DNA from: Psilocybe cubensis | Taxonomy: Eukaryota | Length of the DNA stretch: 64,000 bases | Reading direction: 5' to 3' | Assembly (NCBI GenBank): GCA_017499595.2 | Contig: CM039010.1 | Location: 1,178,001-1,242,000 of the forward strand | In this document: one piece after another, positions 53,301-64,000 of the stretch | How the letters are laid out: every line of letters starts with the position of its first letter | Position numbering within the stretch: the first letter of the stretch is position 1 | Notes under the pieces: generated by a model | Told to the model about the DNA's origin: nothing | Seen by the model: the letters and a program-made list of their open reading frames with translations, nothing else | Database searches by the model: none | Program-made: the position numbers and the translations under genes

Positions 53301-55993
53301 TATCCCTCTCCATTCGGCGTCGCTTTCTGCTCATCTCAGCAATCATTTCTGTCTGAAGATCATCTCTGGCAACCTGTTGGTGTTAGAAAATCACATATTA
53401 GATGTTTTAATATTAGAATTTAGATGATAGCCATATTTACCTTCCACCAACTCCAAACTCCTGATTCATCCGCCTTTCGACGAGCTTCCGCGTTGGCGAT
53501 TTCGTAGGAGCGCTTCCTCGAAGCGAGCTCGAGGCGCTTGTCTCTTCGTTGGGAAAGCTCTTTTTGCAAATGTAGCATTTCCGGATGTATAGCTACGACA
53601 AGATAAAATGATATAAACCTAACGGAAATGAACAGTAAACGACAGAACTTACCAGATTGAACCATGAGTTCTTCCCAAGCTAAGCCCTCCATTTTCTCCA
53701 CATATACTCGCTCTCTGAGTAGAGCGAATTTGAGTTCAATGGTGGCCAAAACGTCTAACGCTTCCGCGCGATGAGCGGGTTGCAAATCGCCATCGTGATC
53801 TTCGACATCGGCGTCTACATCGCCAGGCGAAGGATCCTCGTCATTGTCGCCCTCTTCGCCTTCTTCATTGTCTTGTTCGGCTTCAGCAGCTTCTGGGTCC
53901 TGCTCGTTCTCGTGGTCTTCGTCTCCTTCACCCTCATTCTCCTCGCCGTCACCTTCTCCTTCGACCGCCTCCTCTTCGTTGTCCTGCTCACCGTCGGCTG
54001 CTTCTCCATCAACAGGGTCTGCCTCCTCCTCTTCATGGGTGGACTCTTCACGCTCTTCTTCACCATCCTCTTCCTCTTCTTCTTCTTCCTCTTCCTCCTC
54101 CTCCTCCTCTGGTTCGGCGTCTTCATGCTCCATGGAAACATCACCCGCCTCTTCATTAGAGTGATTGGCAGTTTTATCTGCTTCGCCGTCGACGTCCATA
54201 TCTTCATCATCGGCAATCGCAGCAGCTGCATCGTCTGCAGGCTCATCGACGATTGTATCAATTTGAAGTGCAGGCGGGCCTTTCTTCGTCGTTGGCGAAG
54301 GAATATTATCTCCAGAATCGACCGAAGGATTGGAAGAGGCGGCGCCATTAACTTTGACGCCGTTCTCTTTCTTCTCGTTCGCAGCAGCTGGCGCAGAGGG
54401 CTTCCCCCGAGGTTTCGCCTTGCCACCTCTGACATTCGCTCGAACTCTGGCCTTGCCCTTGCGTGGCTTCGATTCGTCGCCGCTGTTACCGTCCGCCTCT
54501 GGGGTATGCGATCTCGAACGCGACGGATCAGCAGCGACGTCCGATGATGCAGTAGACGAGACAGGGGGGTTTTCGACAAATGATGACGCTCCGGCCATGA
54601 TAGAAGCCGAAACGGCGGCGGCGTTGATGGACGCTACCTCGTTAGCGGGAGGGGATGTGGGGTCGGCAGCGTGGGCGATGGCAGCCAATGTGGAGAGTGC
54701 AGTGGTTCCAGTGTCGATGGGGCTCGTGAAAGAGGGTAAAGTGCCCGAGGTTGGGATGGCCTTGGAAGAGGGCAATGAGGCGTCGGGTTTGGTTGAATGC
54801 TGGGCGTTGGCGTTGTCTTCAGACTGCGTTGAATGGCCATCGCGACTGGAGCCATCCGAATCATTGCCCTCGCCATGGTCAACCTTGGTGGTGGCGCCAC
54901 TCTTCTTCTTCTTGGTCACGGTTTGGTGGTCTTCATCACCGCCGTTACCCTTCCGTTTCTTCGAAGCAGAGGTAGGGGCACGGGCTTTCATAGGCCTCTT
55001 CTTTTTGCTGGAACGGTATTCGGACCCAGAGGCGGACCCGTCATCGTCGTCATCGTCACCATTGGCGAGCGGGCGATCTTCGTATTCTTCGCTATCTTGA
55101 AGGGTGTCGCTTTTAGCAGCAGGTATTCGACGGGATGCCTTTTCTGACTTTTCAGGTCCATCTTCCTGGTCGACTTTCTCGACTTCGCCCTCTTCTTCCT
55201 TACGGAGGCGCTCCAGGAACTCCTCGCGGAGTGTCCGTTCAATCTGGCTTTTGTGGGCAGCTGACTTGGCCATCTTAGGCTGACTTCCGTAGATTGGCCT
55301 CCATGCAGGATGATCACCGTCAACTTTCAACCACATTGCATAGGACCAACCAGATTTGCGTTTTTTCGAGCCATAACCGCGTGCATCCGGCACTCGGTTT
55401 TTGGGGTTGGTCGAGTTGACTTTACGATGGGATGGGCCGTCGTGGTCTCCGTTCTCGTCATCCATCTCTGCTGGTCCCTCTTCCTCTTCCTCCTCTTCCT
55501 CTTCCATGGGACGAGGAGGTCCGGCGGTGTCTTCCTCTTCTTCTTCTTCGGCGGGAGCCGTACTGGCTGGCGCCCTGGACTCAGCCCAGCCCCACATGGG
55601 AGCTGGCACTATGCTACTCCTCTTCTTGCGGCCGGGACCACCCCCACGCGCAGAGAGCGAGCGCTGGTGTTTTCCGCGTTTCGCTGGTCTTGAAGATGAC
55701 GGGCCAGGGAGATTGGCCGGGTCGTCATCATCATCGTCTGCCCCATCTGCGGTGCGAGGTGGGAGCGACGAGCTGTGGGAGGGCTTTGCTGAGGCATTTC
55801 GTTTATCGAGAGCAGCAGCAGCGTCCTGGTCATCGTCAGTGAGCTCCGAGAGCTCCGAGTCTGTGTCAAGGGGTCTGAAGGTGGGGGCATTGGGGGCGGA
55901 TGGCTGCTGGGGGAGATGTTTTTGCCCAGGCGGTGGTGACGGAGAGGGAGAGGGAGAGCTGAGAGACTCGAGGGAGAGAGTTGAGCTCGCCAT
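50376..55993 (-). CDS. Sds3-like domain protein (Dep1-type Rpd3L HDAC subunit) with very long low-complexity arms
   Basis: HRAEALDVLATIELKFALLRERVYVEKM..HPEMLHLQKELSQRRDKRLELA..VWSWWK matches the Sds3-like coiled-coil; acidic N-terminal half; His/Gly/Met/RD-rich C-terminal half. An in-frame upstream ATG exists at 56110. Confidence 0.85.
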
Positions 55994-56144
55994 CGGGGGC
56001 GACGACGAGCAGCGGTATATTTGTTGAATGGTTGTTGGAGGACAAAGGGTGCGTGCGCGAGAATCACTTTTAGGTTCAGACTTCCATTTTGGGACACTTG
56101 ATCTTTTCATTATCTTATCTTATCTAATACTGGTATTACATAGA

Positions 56145-58548
56145 CTAGAAATCGCCCAAGTCGATCTCCACGCTGTCAATCAAAGATGCTTCAAATGAAC
56201 TCGTTCCCTTCACAGGCGCCTTTCCAGCAGTCGCTGCATTCAGTATCGCTGCTGCACCGGCACCGTTTTTCTCGGCGGGCGCAGCAGGAGTCCCAGGTCT
56301 GCCCAATGTCAGCCACAGTAGAAAGCAACAAAGAATAACCAACCTTGTGCCAGTCGGTGTGTTCGAGTTGAACGTTCGCGGGGTAATTTTCAGCCGTGCA
56401 CTGGGATCGATAGGTGCCGATATTGCTCCACTCTGAGCAAGCTTGCGTTCTCGTCGTTTTCGCTCCGCCTCCTGCAGCTCAGCTTTACGCACCGACTCCA
56501 TATTCGCCTTGCGGTTGCGCTCATTCACCTTTGCCAGCAGATCGGCCGTGTTGTCGTTTCTCACTGGCTCAGGAGTGTTGGCAGCGTGCTGCGCAAGTTG
56601 CGCCTCAATCTCTGCGACTTCGGCGTAATCGTGTCGACGTTCAGCCAGTGTGCGCTTCTGAAGCAGAGTGGATCGCTCCAGAGTGGACAGTCCCGCATTC
56701 TTGTTCCCTTGCAACTGTGCTTTGCGTTGCAGCATCGCAGTAATGTCGGCCTATTCCTTCGTCGGCATGCAGTCGATCACCCGTCCATATATCACTTACC
56801 TCTGTCATCGGTTGCGAAACAAGCCTTTGCATCTGCGCAATTTTCTTCTCGAGAGCTAGTTTTGTCGGTAGCTTGACATCCTCTGCCTGACAAACTTTCT
56901 TGAGTCTGTCATACTCTTTCTGTAGACAGCATCAACGATCATTTCCGCGTAACAATGGCGTTACAACGTACATCTACGAACGGTCCGTTCGAGACTTTAT
57001 CCATGTTGAAAGATCTAATGCTTTTGCCATGCTTGAGTTCAAATGCCTGGTTAGTCGTCACCTCATTAATCTTGTAAGGCTTAACAAGGTCCGAGGCCAA
57101 ATCTGCACAAGAAACGAAGGTTCATGGGCATATAAAAATATCGAGTAATTTCAATGCAAAGAAGGCGTACTGTTGATTTGGCATATCCTATAAACAGGTT
57201 GTCCATTTTCCTGACCAATGAGATAACGGACCCATGCGCCTGTAGCCCAAAAAAAGCGTCAACGAACAAATAAATTAACGACACCTATGATCGAGGCCAA
57301 CCTGTCACGTAATCCTGGAACCATGGCTTAAGACAATGCTTTGCCAATACATCTCTCGAAAGCCTGCAACTTTCCAAATCGCTCATGTTGCATGGAGTAT
57401 CTGCGGAGTCCTCCTTGGACGAGGTGCGCCGATTTCTCTGTGAATCGTACGCGTTCATAAGCCGTTCCTCCTCCTGCTCTGTTTTGGTGATCTGCCCATC
57501 TTCCGATTCGGACGCAGATATTTCCATGTCCTGCGGTGATGATGATCGCTCTCTCTGGGATGGAGAGCCGTTGACCTTTGACTGATATCCCAGTAGATTT
57601 AGAAAAATGTGAAACTCGATAAAATCGGTATACTGACGCGTTTCTTATCATCTTTAGCCTTCCTCTTCGCCTTCAACTCATCCAGTTTGTTAGATTTCTC
57701 CTTTGTGGCGCCGCGCTGTGTGTGTTGACCTAAGCGTCCCATAATCAATTAGCATAATGTCAAAAATAGTAAAGTCGTGGCGAAGCAAAACAGCACAGTG
57801 ATCAATAGATTAACGTAGCAAACTTACGCTTCGCCGCCCGAGACACACTGTCGTCGCCTGATCCGCCTCGCTGCTGCCGCACCAGGTCGGCGAGCATACG
57901 CGCGTTCTGGATGCGCTGCCTCTCCCCTGCGCGCTCCTCCAGAACTTGTTCCCTCTGGAACTCGGTCATTGCGAGCAATCTGTCAACATCGGCGTCGTCG
58001 AGGTAAAGAGACATTGGAAAATATTACCATCCAGCATCATGGCATAAGGGATATATAAGTCCAAATGGAGGGCACAAGCGCAGGGGTTTGAACACAATGA
58101 CGATTTGCACAGCGCAGAGACAAACGCGAAAACGACATAAAGAAGACATTATAGATGAAACCCAAGATCAGTCAGCGTCCTCAAACCGCAGTAAGAAGTA
58201 CGCACTCCCGTTTGTCTGCCTCGTCCTTGTATTTGCCTTCTAGGGGGTATGGGTCCTGCATGTCGTCCTCGCTCTCAACGTCATTTTCGGAATCACTATC
58301 CATACGCCTATATAAAAAGAGAGCAGATGGTCAGAACAATCTTGGCTACTTGATCGTGTGCGCGAGCTCTGCTCTACAAAAGTTCGACACATGTTTACGC
58401 ACTCTTTTCGTTTCAAACTCTTTCCGCCACTACCCTTCCCACTTCCCGCACTACCGGTCGAGTGCTGCTGCCTCCTTTTCTTTTTCTTCTCTGTGGCGCC
58501 AGCAAGTTCCAAGAGCTGGTCGTCAATATCGTCTTCAAAATCCGACAT
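56145..58548 (-). CDS. RTF1: RNA polymerase-associated protein Rtf1 (Paf1 complex, Plus3 domain)
   Basis: MSDFEDDIDDQLLELAG, PYPLEGKYKDEADK|..LLAMTEFQREQVLEER, Plus3 region (CRLSRDVLAKHCLKPWFQDYVT|GAWVRYLIG..MDKVSN), LAKVNERNRKAN, DPSARLK and terminal IDLGDF. Confidence 0.94.
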
Positions 58549-59368
58549 TATATAGAGGTCTTTCGTAGAGTAGTGTTAAGGTTTGTAGTTGAGTTCGACT
58601 TGTCGAAGTGCAGTGCCAGTTAGTCGTAACAGTTTCCAAGAGTAAAGAGATAAGAGTTTCCAAAAGTACAGGGGTATATCTACCTCGGTGTGTATATGTG
58701 CTCTGCACGCGATACGGGAGTGCAGATGGGCGGGTAGGATGAGATATGGGACAAGGGTTTAAATGGGTGGAAGTTGTGGGTTGACCTGGCTCAAGGATGG
58801 CTGTTGCCGAAATGGGGTTACCTTTTTGGGAAGCGGAGAGGCACAGCCGCACAACTTTGAATGGATCTTCCCACGAGCAGCTTAGCTCATTGACAGTTTT
58901 TTGTTCTCGAAAGCCCATTTTCTCCTGGTTTATATCCTTGAGTTATTGGAGGTACATGTAGTAATGCAGAATATCCGTTCCTCCTTTTAAAGCTCGATTT
59001 TTTCAAACGCAGTAATTCACTCAACATCGATATGCCACTTCGATCCCAGTCAGGCCGCTACCAAGTTGGCAATATCCATCATTTGTCCGAACGAAGCTTC
59101 TTCAAGTCATTTCATGATGTATGTGATCTCAAACTTGATGCATTAAGTATAAGTGGCCAGCTTGTTTACTTATAAACAATGTAGATCAGATGAATTGTTC
59201 TGCAACTACACTGCCAGCAGATCACTGGATTACTGTAGATACTAACTAACGTCGGCGAGATCTTCTAATGATCCAATTACTTACGGTGATTCTTAACATG
59301 ATATCTTATTATTATCTATCCTAAGTTGCGCAGCTCTCTAACAGGTCCATCATCAAATATCAATAAAA

Positions 59369-60817
59369 TTAGTTCGGTGCATGGGAACTATTATGGTAAA
59401 CCCAATTCACGAAGGGAGGCTGCCGTCCAGCAATATGCCACTGTTGAATAAAATGGCCAATTTTTTGGGAGAGCTGATGATGAAGTATTCTCGCCGGTAC
59501 AGGAACTCGAAGGTGTATCACCATGAGGGAAGGAATCATGGCCTCAAGCACTTGACGGTGAAATAAGTTGAATTCGACGAGGTTGAGAATGCTTTTCCCG
59601 GCCAAGGTGAGTTGGTGGCAATGACGGAATGTCTTTAACAGGTCGGTCAGAGGGAGGTGATCATCATACCAGCGGTGTGTCAAGGAGCATGATACCTCCA
59701 GAACGAGAGCAGTCGGTTCCGCTATGTGATTTAAGCTTTCTCTTACGTTTATGAAGACGTCGCATAGAAGCGCATTGGCCAGGACACCACCCATTCCAAC
59801 ATCCATTTCCACGGTATGTAGTACATTGTATTCGAACGTAAAGCGACGAGATTGCATTGGCAGGTTCCAGTCGAAGCACATCGTAATATCCAATGCGATA
59901 CAGTGTTCGGTGAATCTAAAGTGCCAGTCCAAATGACTTCCCGGGTACTGTAGCCTCGCTGACTGGAGCTCATGATACAATTTCCGAAGAATACGCTCGA
60001 ATGCTCGCCGAGTTCCCTGAAGATCTCTGTCTTCCGTTTTCGTGTGCTGGCCCGCAACGATATGGACATAACAAGTTGACGGAAACTCGAGAAATTCGAT
60101 CAACTCGTTACAGTTCGCAATTTCTGAATTGTATCGGAATTCCTTGAGATATGGGAGATTAACGACCCGCCTCGATCTGTGGACGGGTGCGTCTGATCCT
60201 TCCATTGTGTTGATACTGCTTCCATTGCAGCCAGAGAGATAGAGGGTCTGAAGAGTGGGCTGGGTTTCAAGTATATTCAACCAGTCGCTGGTGAATATAT
60301 CATGAACTGACGTGTCACTCTTGACAATCTCCAGGTGAGTGAGCTGGAAACTGGTCCAATTTCCCTTTTCAAGACAAGTAACCTCTGTGTAGCGCAGAAC
60401 CAGGCACTTGAGTTGTGGGGCCCACAAGGTCGACAAGAGTTCGCCGACGCACTTCGAAGGAGCATCTGTCGGTTCCGGGCCAATCAGTTTAAGCTCCTGT
60501 AAATCTGGACATGGGCGCTGCAACCTCTCTAGAATGGGGGAAATATTGTCTCCTGGTTGGTAGTTTATGCTAACGGTTGTCAGCCCTTGAGGTCTAGGTA
60601 GCGCCGTTCCAAAATTACTTGCAGGGTTGGTTCTGGTCGGAACTTGGAACAAAGGAAGTGTTCTAGAAATCCCGTCAGCTTTTGGCCATTCAGGTACAGG
60701 ATCGTTGTTGGCTCGGGTTGGGAACAATTCGAACTTGGTAACATCGCGAGGTTCGGACTTCAAAGGAAATCCGTTATTGAGGTTTGCCATTCTTTTTTCT
60801 TCGTATTCTGACACCAA
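59369..60817 (-). CDS. Hypothetical LRR/RNI-like protein of the Agaricomycete F-box-associated type; true start probably in an upstream exon (~60890-61070)
   Basis: 482-codon uninterrupted ORF with repeated LxxLxL patterns (PDLQELKL, PQLKCLVL, PTLQTLYL, LPYLKEF); no clear F-box in this exon. Confidence 0.65.
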   Translation of the reverse strand: MVSEYEEKRMANLNNGFPLKSEPRDVTKFELFPTRANNDPVPEWPKADGISRTLPLFQVPTRTNPASNFGTALPRPQGLTTVSINYQPGDNISPILERLQRPCPDLQELKLIGPEPTDAPSKCVGELLSTLWAPQLKCLVLRYTEVTCLEKGNWTSFQLTHLEIVKSDTSVHDIFTSDWLNILETQPTLQTLYLSGCNGSSINTMEGSDAPVHRSRRVVNLPYLKEFRYNSEIANCNELIEFLEFPSTCYVHIVAGQHTKTEDRDLQGTRRAFERILRKLYHELQSARLQYPGSHLDWHFRFTEHCIALDITMCFDWNLPMQSRRFTFEYNVLHTVEMDVGMGGVLANALLCDVFINVRESLNHIAEPTALVLEVSCSLTHRWYDDHLPLTDLLKTFRHCHQLTLAGKSILNLVEFNLFHRQVLEAMIPSLMVIHLRVPVPARILHHQLSQKIGHFIQQWHIAGRQPPFVNWVYHNSSHAPN

Positions 60818-61371
60818 AATATTAAGTCTGAGTTGTCGACTTTAAAGGGGTTGAGTTACAACTGCAACCTGAATGGCACCTTTATATACCCTTCCCTTTC
60901 TCCATCTTCATTGTGTAAAATTGAGCCGTGTGTGGCACATAGAACGTGTACTACTGTAAGCGCAAGACGGTCCTCTTGCTCCAGTGGCACTGGCACAAAA
61001 CCAACTGGCATCAGTGCCAAGGCCCATTGAAGGTGGCCAAGATGTGTGCCCGCTTGGATGATGTTCTAAATATAGAATAACTGTTTAGAACAACTGTCGC
61101 AAGTTGTTCCACGCGCGCTTACTTCTTGGGCCCTTCAAAACTGCTTTGTCAACTTGAGGGACAAGTACGGCGTGATTTACCCCATGTTTTTAAGAAAGCG
61201 GCGGTATGTTCTTATTAACAAGCGACGGGTGCCACTACTCAGGGACAAATTGCAAAAACTCTGAGCTGGCATTTAAAAAAGTTACGTGCTACTAGTGTGC
61301 TACTTAGTAATGCGAAGTCTAAATCGCAGCTGCTCAATTGTGCAAACATTTCACATTGTTTAAGAACTTGG

Positions 61372-62889
61372 TCAATAGTATATAATGCTCGACGTTTTTA
61401 CTCCAAAACGATCTTTACGATACTGGAGAATTTCTGAAAGTTCTTCAATGCAGTTCCCTTCCAGATCGAGGTCATTACAACTCTGATTCACGTGTATATT
61501 CTCGCACTCAAGTAACAGCTTTTGAGAATATCTTGAGGGTCGCACATATGTTAGCATAGCGAATTGAGTGGGATCGTAAAATTCGATTGATCTGAGTTGT
61601 CCAGGCTTGAACATGAGAAGCAGTTCCAAAAGAGGATCTGAAAATGGCGTCGATTGTGGCAAAGGTTTCAACCTTATAGCAGTGGTTTCAGCCAAGATAT
61701 CGATGGCTTTTAACGTCTGGAAGAGATGCGATAGTTCAAGATCGAAATCGTCTTCAGACGTCGATTGAGTGAGATATGACAACTTGAAAACAGCGTCTTG
61801 AGAATCTGAAAGACTTTCCTCGGGGAATGCTGTAAAAGACAATATCTTGAGTGGCCCAGAGGTCTCTGTATCGTAACCCATTGATACGTCAACCAACTTA
61901 CAGGAAGATATGAACTTATTCGTCGAACACCCAACAAACCATTTTAGATTAGCATGAAGGCAAGTCTCTTCTTCCTCCCGTTCAGCGTCGTTATGTGATG
62001 CTAGACAGAGCTCAAGTTTGCATAAAGAAGGGGTGGACAGTCGATTAAGGAGGAGACCGCAGTCAATGGAACGACAGTACATAATGCACAGCTCTTGAAG
62101 GAGTGGGAGCTTTACCGGTGGCAACGAAGACGCAGGATTATCGTTTTCTAAGCACAGTGCATGCTTGATAGTCAGAGATACCAAATTTTGTTGACTCCAA
62201 AGGATTTCCACCCATTCGTCTATAGACGGTGGGCAGGCCTTTACGTTGACAAACAAAGTGGTCAGGTTCAAGCCAAGAAAGCTATTTGACGCCAGTGTGT
62301 AGCCAGTAAGGTTAACATGTCGCAGATTTGGAGCATTTCCACCGAACAGCTCTTGCGAAAGTATATTACGGAAACATGGAATGGGGGGCTCAGTGATCTT
62401 CGCTTCGAACGATCGGAGCAGAGGGGCAGCCATTTCCAAATAGGTTTGAAAGTCGTAGTTGGTGATATCGTCCACGAAGCTGAGCGACTCAAAGCGGTGG
62501 AACTCTTCCAGGACTAACAGCCACCTGTTATATCTCGGGCTGTCGTCCGAGTCTATCGGAATTCCAGAGTAAATGGACAGTGGCGAAGATGACGACCAGC
62601 GAAGAAGTTCCTGTATAAATTCCTCTGAGTCTGTATCTAGGTCGATCGGTAGAGAACCCCAAATTTTTTCACGATGGTTAATGCTCACTTCCCTCCAACT
62701 TTTGCAGACCTGAGAAACAGAAAACATGTCTTGTCGTGCATCGATAGGATCGTAAGCAAGGCCCTTCATGCGTTGGAACACCCGTGTCAAGGCTTCTGCA
62801 GTCAGTCGCTTTTTGGAGTTGTAAACATGTCGGCTGGGCTTGTATAACAGTGCTCGCCTCAGACGGGGCCAAGGATCCTTTCTGGACAT
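61372..62889 (-). CDS. F-box-like protein with LRR/RNI-like repeats, intronless
   Basis: RLTAEALTRVF..SVSQVCKSWREVSINHREKIW (F-box-like), AAPLLRSF, LFGGNAPNLRHVNL, LPLLQELCI. Confidence 0.8.
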   Translation of the reverse strand: MSRKDPWPRLRRALLYKPSRHVYNSKKRLTAEALTRVFQRMKGLAYDPIDARQDMFSVSQVCKSWREVSINHREKIWGSLPIDLDTDSEEFIQELLRWSSSSPLSIYSGIPIDSDDSPRYNRWLLVLEEFHRFESLSFVDDITNYDFQTYLEMAAPLLRSFEAKITEPPIPCFRNILSQELFGGNAPNLRHVNLTGYTLASNSFLGLNLTTLFVNVKACPPSIDEWVEILWSQQNLVSLTIKHALCLENDNPASSLPPVKLPLLQELCIMYCRSIDCGLLLNRLSTPSLCKLELCLASHNDAEREEEETCLHANLKWFVGCSTNKFISSCKLVDVSMGYDTETSGPLKILSFTAFPEESLSDSQDAVFKLSYLTQSTSEDDFDLELSHLFQTLKAIDILAETTAIRLKPLPQSTPFSDPLLELLLMFKPGQLRSIEFYDPTQFAMLTYVRPSRYSQKLLLECENIHVNQSCNDLDLEGNCIEELSEILQYRKDRFGVKTSSIIYY

Positions 62890-63501
62890 TTAGGAATTTG
62901 GACAGGAGGAACATAGTTCGACGGCATTTAAATATTTTGAGCTGTGGCCTGTCTCTTCTGAGTTCGGGGAGCTTGTAGTCGTACTGATTGAGTGGCATGG
63001 CCTAAGTGACCAATATGTGATATTGGCCTGGCTCAAGTTGTGGCCCAAACAATTGACCATCGAGTCCATTGACCAGTCACTAAAGCAGGATGTTTATCTC
63101 CGCTTAAAATCCAATCCTCATTTGGAAGTCAGGCATCACGTCATGGGGGCTGCCGGTTGGAGGTTGGAATCTCCCCCGAGAGGCCTCGGGACTTGCTCCA
63201 CTCCTATGTTGGATCCCAGCAGGAAGAGATAAGCAATCACTCCTTCAAACCGGTACAATGTTTCCTAAGGGGCATAACGTGTAATGGTAACTGACAATCC
63301 GTATTCAATGGCGAACAAGTTGTTTATGAAACTAATGTAGATCACACTTGAAGCTTGAATCGTTTTCGCCATTTTCTTCTTCGCTTCCATCGGGAGTTAT
63401 GGCAGGCACTAACGAAAATAACATATGAAGCTAAGGTCTGGTTCTTTATAAAAAGGAGCCCTTAATGGGCGACAAATGCGCTGTACTTCCCACTTTCCTC
63501 C

Positions 63502-64000
63502 ATGGCCGAAAAGAGTTCGGAAACTGGGCAGGTTGAACGACCAAACCAAACACCTCTACCTCTGCATGATTCGCGTGCCGAAAAGGCACAATTTGTCAAC
63601 GTCCATGGAGAAAATGAGGACATAGAAATTGCAAGCTCTACGAACAATGACAAAGTTAGGCGGACACTTCAGCAAAGACAGTATGTATGAGTTACCTCTT
63701 TCTATTCCCGCGTTGTCTCAAAATCTCGTATCCCCAAGTCTTTCGATGATAGCTCTTGCTGGGATGATTGGAACCGGCCTATTTCTATCTAGCGGAAGGG
63801 CACTTGCTAATGCTGGACCTCTAGGATGCCTTTTGGCATTTGTTCTCGTATGTTTTTGTCGGACAGTTTAGCATTGCTGGCAAATCACGTACTGACTAAT
63901 TCTTCTGCACAAGATGGGCACTGTAACCGCATCTATAGGTCAGCAGTCCGATTGTTAGGATTCTACAGGTTTCCGGGATAATTTATATTTTTAAACAGCT
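63502..64000 (+). CDS. Amino-acid permease (APC/YAT family), N-terminal part; runs off window end
   Basis: VRRTLQQRH|LSMIALAGMIGTGLFLSSGRALANAGPLGCLLAF; TATAAAA at about 63447. Confidence 0.92.

Noticed and set aside
51230-56097. Long alternative-frame and antisense ORFs (e.g. 51230-52138, 53771-54547, 54330-55100, 55401-56027)
   Set aside because: Shadow frames of the GC-rich low-complexity Sds3/Dep1-like CDS; no independent motifs.

Overview
Eukaryotic, intron-rich fungal DNA with short (about 50-60 nt) introns. Gene content points to a mushroom-forming basidiomycete (Agaricomycetes); the species cannot be fixed from sequence alone. The unspliced ORF track is mostly exon fragments or shadow ORFs, so genes were reassembled by hand. 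Left 23 kb: partial GH7 cellobiohydrolase, Aim11/TMEM242-like membrane protein, HSL-type esterase, NADPH oxidase (NoxB-type) with a 346-bp foldback MITE upstream, two tandem cytochrome P450s, three tandem secreted CBM1 + uncharacterised-domain genes, and an RgxB-like GH28. Middle: a hypothetical gene behind a 74-77-bp tandem repeat, Ldb17/SPIN90, purine nucleoside phosphorylase, and two tandem GPI-type chitin deacetylases. Right: a Zn2Cys6 transcription factor in a microsatellite-rich domain, Sds3/Dep1-like, Rtf1, two F-box/LRR-like genes and a partial amino-acid permease. Best leads: (1) the triplicated CBM1-X proteins, which share a CCGA..AGG-N8-CGG upstream motif with the GH7 gene and may be an uncharacterised cellulose-targeted component; (2) the MITE, whose arm mismatches are skewed toward G:U-compatible pairs on one strand; (3) a GA-AG intron in a P450 heme motif; (4) an Rtf1 intron with a ~198-nt AG-free zone and a possible alternative start. 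No rRNA, tRNA or CRISPR could be supported.
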